64,000 bases of DNA, taken from an uncultured Collinsella sp. Lineage in GTDB: Bacteria; Actinomycetota; Coriobacteriia; Coriobacteriales; Coriobacteriaceae. Shown piece after piece: positions 28,454-36,184 of this stretch (position 1 is its first letter; each line of letters opens with the position of its first letter). A model generated the notes under the pieces. That model searched no databases. It was not told the DNA's origin and saw only the letters and a list, made by a program, of their open reading frames with translations. Position numbers and translations under genes: made by a program. Where the stretch lies: the NCBI GenBank assembly GCA_902494815.1, contig CABUVB010000001.1:504-64503 (forward strand), given 5' to 3'.

Positions 28454-28555
28454 TTCGACCCAAATTGAAGTCAATATAACTCCAGGTCATTTGATGTTTT
28501 CATAGATTTACGAAAGAAAAGTACGCGGAATAATTCGACCCAAATTCGACCCACA
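28454..28555 (+). repeat. Three direct repeats TTCGACCCA(A/C)A, probable integrase arm-type sites
   Basis: Copies at 28454, 28534 and 28545, between the att core and the integrase. Confidence 0.7.
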
Positions 28556-28705
28556 ACGAGCTTGAAAGCGGTCAGGCGGAGCATTACCCTTGGGGTGTGA
28601 CCCCACGCAGGGCCCACCACCAAGGGTAATGCCCACCCGCCCCAGCCCTTTGCGCCATTCCGCGCAACCGAGCGCGATTCTCAGGCACTTCAGGCAAGGA
28701 ACACG

Positions 28706-29604
28706 ATGAACGACCGACCTCTCGTCATAGGCAAAGGAACGAAGCAACGCCGCGACAAATACACGTGGCGCTACCGTCACAGCCTCGGCAAGGATCCGGT
28801 CACGGGCAAATACCGCTATTCGCCGTGGCAGACCATACATACCACCAAAAGCCGAGAGGTCGACGCCGCACTCGAAGCCTACAAGGCAGAACTCAACAGC
28901 GGCACCTACGTCCAAAAATCGAGGGACACCGTCGGCTCGTACGCAAAAAAGTTCCACGACAACCGCGAAGGAACCATCACGCCGCTCGCCTACTCGACAT
29001 CCTACTCAATCGAGAACCGGACGCGCACATCACATGCGTGATGCTCATGCTCGACACCGACATGAGAAGGGCAGAAGCCCTCGGGATGACGTGGTCCGAT
29101 GTCTCCGTCGAGAACAGAAGCATCCTCATTGAGCAGCAGTTCGCGGCCGATCGAAGCGTTCGCTCGCCCAAAAGCAAGAAAAGCGTGCGGAGGATCTCGA
29201 TAAGCGAGACGCTGACGTCGTATCTCGAATTCTGGAAAAAGGAGCAGGCCCGCGAAATGGAAGCCTTCGGCCTGGAACAAGTCAAAGGCACTCCGCTCGT
29301 CCACTCATTCGAACGAACGAAAGACAGGCATCCCCAAGTCAACTTCATGGACCTGAATGGGTTTTCGCGCTGGTTCAGAAACTTCAGCGTCGAGAACGGG
29401 TTCGGCAAGTTCGAAGGCGTTCGAACATACCATTATGTGAAGGAAACTGTCGACGGGGAAACGATTTCGAAGCGTTATGAGCATAAAGAGTGGCTCGAAT
29501 TGAGGGATTACCTCAGGAAGCATCCCAAGGTTCGCGAGGCGAGGCATATCAGCACATATGAGAGCGAGCACCTTCCTTACGGATATTCGGGCCTATCGAG
29601 CCAC
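28706..29604 (+). pseudogene. Tyrosine integrase, frameshifted/internally deleted and truncated
   Basis: Frame 1 (28706-29041) is an arm-binding N-terminus (WRYRHSLGKDPVTGKY); frame 2 has box I LDTDMRRAEALGMTWSDV and PKSKKSVRRI; it ends at GLSSH without HxxR or the catalytic Tyr. Confidence 0.85.
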
Positions 29605-29689
29605 ACCGCTACTGCCGCTACTGCCCGCTACTGCCCGCCAGCTTCCGAACCAGCGGGCGGTAGCAGCACCCCGAACATCTCGCCGACAG

Positions 29690-29976
29690 CGCAGAGAGTC
29701 GTCGACCTGGCGGCCAAGGCCGACATCGAGGACGTGATGCTGTGCGACCTGCCCGGCGTCCTGTCCTTCCTAGGGCTGCCACCTGAGACGGAGATGCCGC
29801 CGGGCAACAAGGGGAAGACGAAGCTCAAGAAGCTCTACAGGAAGGTGGCGCCGAACAAGGCATACCACTCCGGCGAGCGCGCCAAGGATTTGATCTCGCA
29901 CCTCGACATGGCAGAGATCAGGGCATCGGCGCCCGTCCCGCTCGGAGAGATAGACAGAGCGGTCGTAAGCGGCTGA
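29690..29976 (+). pseudogene. 3' fragment of an unrelated gene fused to the integrase frame (DUF4276/RloB-like, tentative)
   Basis: IEDVMLCDLPGV..K.KLKKLY..Y..LD..IR pattern after a low-complexity junction; higher GC than the integrase part. Confidence 0.35.
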
Positions 29977-30006
29977 TGTAACTTCTGACACCCTAGAACT
30001 TACATC

Positions 30007-30035
30007 GAGCCCCGATTAGAGCTCGGGGCTCTTTT
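30007..30035 (+). terminator. Intrinsic terminator
   Basis: GAGCCCCGA-ttagagc-TCGGGGCTC-TTTT. Confidence 0.75.
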
Positions 30036-30060
30036 CGTCTAGATTGGGGACGCATGGCCG

Positions 30061-30185
30061 GACGAAAACAATTTGCGTCTGGTAATAAGCGTACGAAAGC
30101 GCAATTTACGTCTTAATTCCGTACGCAAATCAAGACGAAAATCGTTTACGTCTGCTTTAAATCCGTACGAAAACGGTTTTCGTCT
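30061..30185. repeat. Four degenerate ~20-bp palindromic repeats
   Basis: GACGAAAACAATTTGCGTCT, TACGAAAGCGCAATTTACGTCT, GACGAAAATCGTTTACGTCT, TACGAAAACGGTTTTCGTCT. Confidence 0.7.
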
Positions 30186-30204
30186 TGCAGGGCAGTTGCC
30201 GTTT

Positions 30205-31296
30205 CTACAGTTCAACTTCCAGTTCGGCTTTGTGCTCGTAGAGGTAGTCGCGCATGTAGGGGATGGCAAATGAGACCTTGCCGTACGAGGGAGCCTCGAT
30301 AATCGATTCTCTTAACAGGCGGCTGCGGACGAAACTCACCTGTTGAGGCGTTTTGTTTAGGGCATCGGCAACCATGCTGGTCGAGCTCGTCTGTCCCAAA
30401 GATGCCATGCTCAGCAGATAAGCGATGCACGTGGGCGGAATGCGCCGCAGCGCGGGCTCAATCACCATGGCGCAGAAGCGTTCGCGTGCCGTTGCAATGC
30501 CACGCTCGGCTTCTTCTTCTCCAATAATCGCTGTATGTGCACGTCTTGCCAACTGCCATGCGTAGTATCCAACGAGTTGGATCATGAAAGGATAGCCTTG
30601 CGTTGCCTCGGCAAGTTGGCCGGCAATACCTGGCTGCAACTCCATGCCAGACGCTTCAATGGTTTCCTCGAGGGAGTACGACACTTCGGTTACTGCCACA
30701 GCCTTCAGATCAAAGGGGAGGGCACGGCGCAAAAACGTAAGTGTCTTTCCGTTGATGATGCTTTCAATCATCGAAGGCAGCCCAGCAAAAATAAAGGCGA
30801 TATCAAGGTCTTCGCCGATAACCTGCTGAATCGCAATGGAGAGCGTTCGGACCTCATCGAGCTCTGCGTCTTGAACCTCGTCGAGAGTGATGAGCAGGCC
30901 ATTTCCATTCTTGGATATTGTCTGTCTCATGGCGTCGCGTAGCGATGGGCCGATTCGCTCAATATCTATGCTGCCGATGGATATGCCAGCTACGGTGGGC
31001 TCAAATCTGGCGTGTTTGGCCTGGAATTTGGGCTGCAGCTGTTCGAGAATGCGCTGGCAAAGTCCCTCGGTTGCGACCTCTTTTATGACCGTCCAGCCAC
31101 GGCTTTGCGCCAAACGTGAGCACTCGTCAAGGAGGACCGTCTTGCCCGTTCCACGGACGCCGGCTATGCGCATTAGGCGCCCAGGGGCACCAGGCCCGTT
31201 GGTGAGGCCTTCACTGAATTCTTCAAGTACATCTTCGCGGCCGATAATCGTGGGAGGTGTTTTACCTGCTGTGGGCTTAAAAGGGTTTGTTTGCAT
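30205..31296 (-). CDS. AAA/STAND-like P-loop ATPase (AAA_16-type) with C-terminal wHTH
   Basis: NPFKPTAG, IGRE, Walker A GVRGTGKT, Walker B ITLDEVQ, GYPFMIQL; ATG 31296 after AAAGGTGG. Confidence 0.88.
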   Translation of the reverse strand: MQTNPFKPTAGKTPPTIIGREDVLEEFSEGLTNGPGAPGRLMRIAGVRGTGKTVLLDECSRLAQSRGWTVIKEVATEGLCQRILEQLQPKFQAKHARFEPTVAGISIGSIDIERIGPSLRDAMRQTISKNGNGLLITLDEVQDAELDEVRTLSIAIQQVIGEDLDIAFIFAGLPSMIESIINGKTLTFLRRALPFDLKAVAVTEVSYSLEETIEASGMELQPGIAGQLAEATQGYPFMIQLVGYYAWQLARRAHTAIIGEEEAERGIATARERFCAMVIEPALRRIPPTCIAYLLSMASLGQTSSTSMVADALNKTPQQVSFVRSRLLRESIIEAPSYGKVSFAIPYMRDYLYEHKAELEVEL

Positions 31297-31317
31297 GTGA
31301 GCCACCTTTGCTCAAGA

Positions 31318-31363
31318 TATAGCAAAGTATAGCAAAGTATAGTGAGATATAGCAACGTATAGC
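31318..31363. repeat. 10-bp tandem repeat TATAGCAAAG (~4.6 copies) upstream of the ATPase
   Basis: TATAGCAAAG TATAGCAAAG TATAGTGAGA TATAGCAACG TATAGC. Confidence 0.85.
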
Positions 31364-31486
31364 GCTGTTCGCGGGTTCTTACGGTGGTGCTATTTTCCGA
31401 ATGCCGCGCGGATAAAGCGCTGGGCGAACAGCTTGTTGGCAACTCACAAGGGCTCGGGGTGCCAATTTGGGGTGCAGTAGTGCTGC

Positions 31487-31646
31487 GCCACGAAAAGGGC
31501 CTATCTACTACGTTTAAGCCGCAGGGGTCAACCATAGCCGGCTATTTTGAAAATCGATAAGCTGTCTACCTGCGGTTTTGTTTTCATGGTTTTCGGTATT
31601 GCCGAGGCTATCCGTGTTAACGTAGTAGATGGGCCACTTTTGTGGC
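31487..31646. repeat. ~160-bp MITE-like element with imperfect ~30-bp inverted repeats
   Basis: GCCACGAAAAGGGCCTATCTACTACGTTTAA versus GTTAACGTAGTAGATGGGCCACTTTTGTGGC. Confidence 0.65.
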
Positions 31647-31779
31647 AAGGGGGCCGATCTGCGGCCCGGGGTGGCCAAAAAGCCCCGTCCCAAAAAGACT
31701 GATTGGGAGCTGGGGCGTGTCGATGCGATAGTATTACGTGGTGAAATTCGACAAACCGTGAGCTTTATCCGAGGGCTTT

Positions 31780-32472
31780 ATGGAACAGCACCAGCATTAT
31801 CAGAGCCTGCAAGACCAGGCGTACAACGCATTGCGGTCCAAGATCATCTATGCCGAGCTCAAGCCCGGCACGCGCCTTTCGGCGATTGGTCTGGAAAAGG
31901 AGACGGGAATCGGACGCACGCCCATTCGCGAATCCTTTGTGCGCCTGCGTGAGCAGGAGCTGGTGGAAACGCGTCCCAAAAGCGGCACCTACGTCTCTAA
32001 GATCAGCATGGAACGCGCCGAGAACGCCTGTTTCTTGCGCGAGAAGCTCGAGAGAAGCGTGCTTATTAAATGCTGTTCGGCCGCCTCGCCCGAGCAAAAG
32101 CAGCGGCTTGAGCAGATTCTTACCGAGTCCGAGTCGCTCGACCATGGCGAAACGCGCCGTTTCTTTGACCTGGATAACCTGTTCCATGAGACATGTTTTG
32201 AGATTGCCGGTCGTCACATGTTGTGGGATTGGATGAAGAGCGTCAACACGCATTTTGAGCGATACAACTGGTTGCGTATGGTGTCGCAGGATCTGGATTG
32301 GGAGCCGATTCGTCGGCAGCATCGCCGGATTCTCGAGGCCATTAAGAGGGGCGATACCGATGCGGCGAGTTATCTGGCGGAGACGCACTTGCACCTGATG
32401 CCCGAGGAGCAGGGCCCGGTTATCGCCTTGCATCCCGACTATTTTGAGCTGTCCAAAGACTCGGCCATCTAA
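31780..32472 (+). CDS. GntR-family regulator with FCD domain (RspR/YdfH-like)
   Basis: LKPGTRLS, GRTPIRES, PKSGTYV, LDNLFH, QHRRIL, HL. Confidence 0.93.
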   Translation: MEQHQHYQSLQDQAYNALRSKIIYAELKPGTRLSAIGLEKETGIGRTPIRESFVRLREQELVETRPKSGTYVSKISMERAENACFLREKLERSVLIKCCSAASPEQKQRLEQILTESESLDHGETRRFFDLDNLFHETCFEIAGRHMLWDWMKSVNTHFERYNWLRMVSQDLDWEPIRRQHRRILEAIKRGDTDAASYLAETHLHLMPEEQGPVIALHPDYFELSKDSAI

Positions 32473-32487
32473 TTTGTCCCTTTATTT

Positions 32488-32554
32488 AGTTGCGGTGAAA
32501 TAGGGATTGTTTTGCGGCTCTGATGGTGTAGGCAGTCCGTATTCCACCGCAAGT
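32488..32554. repeat. 67-bp REP-like palindrome, family B, copy 2
   Basis: AGTTGCGGTGAAATAGGGA...TCCGTATTCCACCGCAAGT; matches 16415-16481. Confidence 0.8.
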
Positions 32555-32864
32555 GACGGGGCACATCGGGGCACGAAAAAGCTGCGGCGCCGCTTGGAGG
32601 AAAAGACCGGAAGCAAGAGTCCATTCCTCCAGACGGCACCGCAGCTGTTTTGGTGGCTCGGCTTTTGTCGAAGTGGCTTAGTTGAGCGCGACGGCCAGCC
32701 GAGTAGGCAAAGCGGCTTGGAGGCGTGTCGCTTCCGTCACGTTCTATCAGCATACAAGACGGTTTTGGTTCTTGTTCGTGACGGAAACGGCGCGCTTCCG
32801 AGCCGCTTTAAAAGAAAGGGGGCGAGGTCTAGGGCACACCCCCTTTCACGATAGAGAGCTAAAC

Positions 32865-33506
32865 CTAGCCGCGGACCTTCTTGACGACGTCCATGGCCTC
32901 GCGGGCGATCTGCTCGACCTTGGAGAAGTCGCCGTCGGCAAACAGGGCCGGCTTGACCATCCAGGTGCCACCGCAGGCGATGATGGCGGAGGAGCTCAGG
33001 TACTCCTCGACGTTGGCGGTGCTCACGCCGCCGGTGGGCATAAAGCGGTGACCGACAAACGGAGCGGCGAGGGCCTTGATGGTGTTCAGGCCGCCATACT
33101 GGGACGCGGGGAAGAACTTGGTGACCTTGAGGCCCAGGTTCTCGGCTGCGGTGACCTCGGAGGGGGTTACGGTGCCGGGAAGGACAGGCAGGTCGATGTC
33201 GATGCAGTGCTTCACAACGTCCTCGTTGTAACCCGGAGAGACGATGAACTTGGCACCGGCTGCGCGGGCCTGCTCAACCTGCTCGACGGTCAGGACAGTG
33301 CCGGCGCCAACGCACATTTCGGGCTCGGCCTCGGCCATAGCGGCGATGCACTCGGCGGCGCAGGCGGTGCGGAAGGTGACCTCGGCGGACTTCATGCCAG
33401 CTGCCATAAGGGCGTGGGCGAGCGGAGCGGCGTCCTCGACCTTGTCGAGCACAACGACCGGCACGATGCCCAGGGACTCAAGCGTGGTGTAGAACTGATC
33501 GAACAT
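32865..33506 (-). CDS. eda: KDPG/KHG aldolase
   Basis: AEVTFRT, VGAGTV, FIVSPG, TPSE, KFFPA, MPTGGV. Confidence 0.96.
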   Translation of the reverse strand: MFDQFYTTLESLGIVPVVVLDKVEDAAPLAHALMAAGMKSAEVTFRTACAAECIAAMAEAEPEMCVGAGTVLTVEQVEQARAAGAKFIVSPGYNEDVVKHCIDIDLPVLPGTVTPSEVTAAENLGLKVTKFFPASQYGGLNTIKALAAPFVGHRFMPTGGVSTANVEEYLSSSAIIACGGTWMVKPALFADGDFSKVEQIAREAMDVVKKVRG

Positions 33507-33760
33507 GATGTTCCTTTCGATGTGTGGCGCGCATGGGCGCGTGATTGCCAAATGTGCTGGTCAGGAGCCGATTTTGGATTGGTTATCGGAGGCACTGCTT
33601 GGGGTTCAAGCAATTCCAAAACCGGCTGCTCGACCAGTCATGTAGGGAATGCCAGGCAAAACCGGAATGGGACTGGTGGTTTTGCCCGGCCGGAGGAATC
33701 GGGGAGCGGGCCGCAGGGGTATGGGATTGGAAAGCTGCGGCCCGCGGAATGGGGAACGAA

Positions 33761-34795
33761 TTAACGGGCGACGCGGGTGCCACCGTCGGCGGCGGATGCC
33801 GCGGCTGCGATCTCGTCTGCGGTCACCAAGTTGGAATCGCCCTTGATAGTGAGCTTGAGGATCGAGGCTGCAATCGCGTAGTTGACAGCGTCCTGCGGGT
33901 CAAAGTCGTTGATGAGGGCATGGACGAGGCCGGCGTTGAAAGCGTCGCCGGCGGCAACGCCCTCGAGTACGTGCACGTCGTGAGCCGGGGAGAACCAGTG
34001 CTCGCCGCTCTCGGCCTCAAAGAGCATGCCCATCCAGATGGAGCGCTCGACGCAGGAGATGTTGCGGACGACCGAGGCGACCTTCTTGCAGCCGTACTCG
34101 GCGCAGATCTGACGGGCCATCTCGACATAGGTGTCGCGCTCCTCGATGCCGTGGGCAAGGGAGCCAGAGACGCAGGTCATACCGAGGCCAGCAGGCGCAT
34201 CCTCGTCGTTGGCGATGCAGATGTCGACGAGCGGCAGGAGTTTCCTCATGGTGGCCTGCGACTTCTCGGGCGACCACATCTTGCCGCGATAGTTCACGTC
34301 ACACACGGTGGTGATGCCCTTGGCGCGGCAGGCGGCGAGCGCATCCTTGCAGGCGGCGGCCATCTCATCGGAGACGGCGGGGGTCACGCCGGAGAAATAG
34401 AAGACATCGATGCCCTTGAGGATCTCGTCCCAGTCAAAGACGTCGCGCTTGGCCATGTTGATGGCAGAGTACTTGCGGTCGTAGACGCAACCGTTGCCGC
34501 GCTGCGAGGCACCGACCTCAAACACATAGGAGCCAAGGCGGTCGCCCTGACGCACGACGCGCGTGGTGTCGACGTCGTAGGCCTTCAGCGAACGCAGGGC
34601 GCACTCGCCCAGACGGTTGGCCGGGACAACGGAGACGTAAGCGGCCTTGTCGCCCTGGTAGGCCAGGGAAAGCGCAGTGTTGGCCTCGGCGCCGCCGTAG
34701 CGGACGTCAAACTCGGTTGCCTGCTCAATACGCAGGTGGTCTTTGGGTGAGAGTCTCATCATGATCTCGCCGAAGGTAAGAACCGTTTTACCCAT
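33761..34795 (-). CDS. kdgK: 2-keto-3-deoxygluconate kinase (PfkB family)
   Basis: FGEIMMRLSP, GGAEAN, FSGVTPA, DVNYR, AGDAF; upstream of eda. Confidence 0.92.
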   Translation of the reverse strand: MGKTVLTFGEIMMRLSPKDHLRIEQATEFDVRYGGAEANTALSLAYQGDKAAYVSVVPANRLGECALRSLKAYDVDTTRVVRQGDRLGSYVFEVGASQRGNGCVYDRKYSAINMAKRDVFDWDEILKGIDVFYFSGVTPAVSDEMAAACKDALAACRAKGITTVCDVNYRGKMWSPEKSQATMRKLLPLVDICIANDEDAPAGLGMTCVSGSLAHGIEERDTYVEMARQICAEYGCKKVASVVRNISCVERSIWMGMLFEAESGEHWFSPAHDVHVLEGVAAGDAFNAGLVHALINDFDPQDAVNYAIAASILKLTIKGDSNLVTADEIAAAASAADGGTRVAR

Positions 34796-34899
34796 GGTCG
34801 CGCAGCTCCTTTTACTCGTGCGTACACCTTTGATATGGCGTTGGCACGCAGGTGCCAAGACGGTAGGGTGCGTCTTTGCACCTGTGTGCCAACGCTCAC

Positions 34900-34926
34900 C
34901 GAAATCGGTTTACGAAATCGGTTTCG
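34900..34926. promoter_or_regulatory. Tandem LacI-type operators between kdgK and the divergent LacI gene
   Basis: GAAATCGGTTTA (34901-34912) and GAAATCGGTTTC (34914-34925). Confidence 0.75.
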
Positions 34927-35027
34927 TTTCGAGTTGTAGTATACTCACCTACAGCGTTTTGCAACCGAGATTTTTAAAAAATGCCTAAAATGGCTCAGAC
35001 TGCCGACATTGGGAAACGGGGTGCGCT

Positions 35028-36050
35028 ATGGCGCAGATGAGAATCAAGGACATTGCCGCCGAGGCGGGCGTGAGCCCGGCCACGGTCTCGCGCTATCTCA
35101 ACAACCGCCCCGGGCAAATGACCGAGGAGACCCGTGCTCGCATCGCGGCAGTTATCGAGCGCACCGGCTATCGCCCACGTGCCGCCGCGCGCAATCTGCG
35201 CAGCTCGCGTACGAACCTCATCGGTGTGATTCTGGCTGACATCGCCAACCCGTTCTCGAGCGCCATGCTCGAGGGCCTTTCCGCCAGCGCCGCGGCGCGC
35301 GGCTGCTCGCTCATGACAGCCATTAGCGGCAACGACCCCGCTAAGGAAGCGGAGTCGCTCACCAGACTTATCGATGCCGGCGTGGACGGCCTGGTCGTCA
35401 ACACCTGCGGAGGCAATGACGAGGCGATCGCCGCGGCAGCGGGACGTCTGCCCGTCGTGCTGCTCGACCGCGACGTTGCCGACGGCGGTGTTGACCTGGT
35501 GACATCTAACAACCGTGAGCTGGTCGCCGGCTTGGTAGACGCCTTGGCAGCTGCGGGCAGCGAGCGTCTGTGCCTGCTCACCGAGGCAAGCGACGACAGC
35601 CCCGTGCGTCGAGAGCGCGCCGAGGCCTTTGCCGACGAGCTTTCGCGCCGCGGCCTTGCGGGCGAGGTCGTCACCCTGGCCGACGGTGGCGCCACGGGCG
35701 TCGGTCGCTTGGACGAGACCATCCGCGGCTATGCAGGCAAAAAGCTCGGCCTCATTGCCGTCAACGGCCTGGTTTTCCTGCGTCTGACCGAGGCGCTGGC
35801 GCAGCTTGGTCCCTCGCTGCCGGCGGGTCTCAAGATCGCAACGTTTGACGACTATCCCTGGAATCACGTGCTCTTTGGCGGCGTGACCACGGCCGCGCAA
35901 GACACCCTTACCATCGCCGAGCGCGTGGTCGAGCGCCTGTCCGAGCGCATCGACGTCGTCACCACCACGGTGGGCGAGGCCGCAAAGCTCGCCCCCAAGC
36001 GTATCGAGGTCCCCGGCCACATCGAACACCGCGCCTCAACCTCGCGCTAA
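35028..36050 (+). CDS. LacI-family regulator, KdgR-like
   Basis: IKDIAAEAGVSPATVSRYLN HTH, YRP..AARNL hinge, NPFS, VLLDR; divergent from kdgK-eda. Confidence 0.92.
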   Translation: MAQMRIKDIAAEAGVSPATVSRYLNNRPGQMTEETRARIAAVIERTGYRPRAAARNLRSSRTNLIGVILADIANPFSSAMLEGLSASAAARGCSLMTAISGNDPAKEAESLTRLIDAGVDGLVVNTCGGNDEAIAAAAGRLPVVLLDRDVADGGVDLVTSNNRELVAGLVDALAAAGSERLCLLTEASDDSPVRRERAEAFADELSRRGLAGEVVTLADGGATGVGRLDETIRGYAGKKLGLIAVNGLVFLRLTEALAQLGPSLPAGLKIATFDDYPWNHVLFGGVTTAAQDTLTIAERVVERLSERIDVVTTTVGEAAKLAPKRIEVPGHIEHRASTSR

Positions 36051-36103
36051 CCGCTCGTTCGCAACTGCCTGTTCGCGCACGTTTTTTGAGCGCTTGATAC
36101 GCT

Positions 36104-36119
36104 TTAACCCTGCGGAAAC
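36104..36119 (+). promoter_or_regulatory. Candidate actinobacterial GlnR box
   Basis: TTAAC-n6-GAAAC, close to the gTnAc-n6-GaAAc consensus; second GAAAC-n6-GAAAG at 36156-36171. Confidence 0.55.
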
Positions 36120-36184
36120 ATTTTTCTGCGATAGTATCTGCGATATAGACCAGTCGAAACCCGCCCGAAAGAAAGGGGAGCGAC

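Noticed and set aside
28380..28460. Intact tRNA-Met gene
   Set aside because: Only anticodon loop to CCA is present; the 5' acceptor strand and D-arm cannot be formed
28765..29976. Functional 403-aa integrase
   Set aside because: First ~80 aa are out-of-frame sequence, HxxR and Tyr motifs are missing, and the tail is from another gene
30061..30185. CRISPR array
   Set aside because: Repeats are only ~20 bp and degenerate, spacers 11-20 nt and uneven, and there are no cas genes
33550..33645. Imperfect inverted repeat between kdgK and eda
   Set aside because: Single copy with many mismatches; cannot be distinguished from an ordinary intercistronic hairpin
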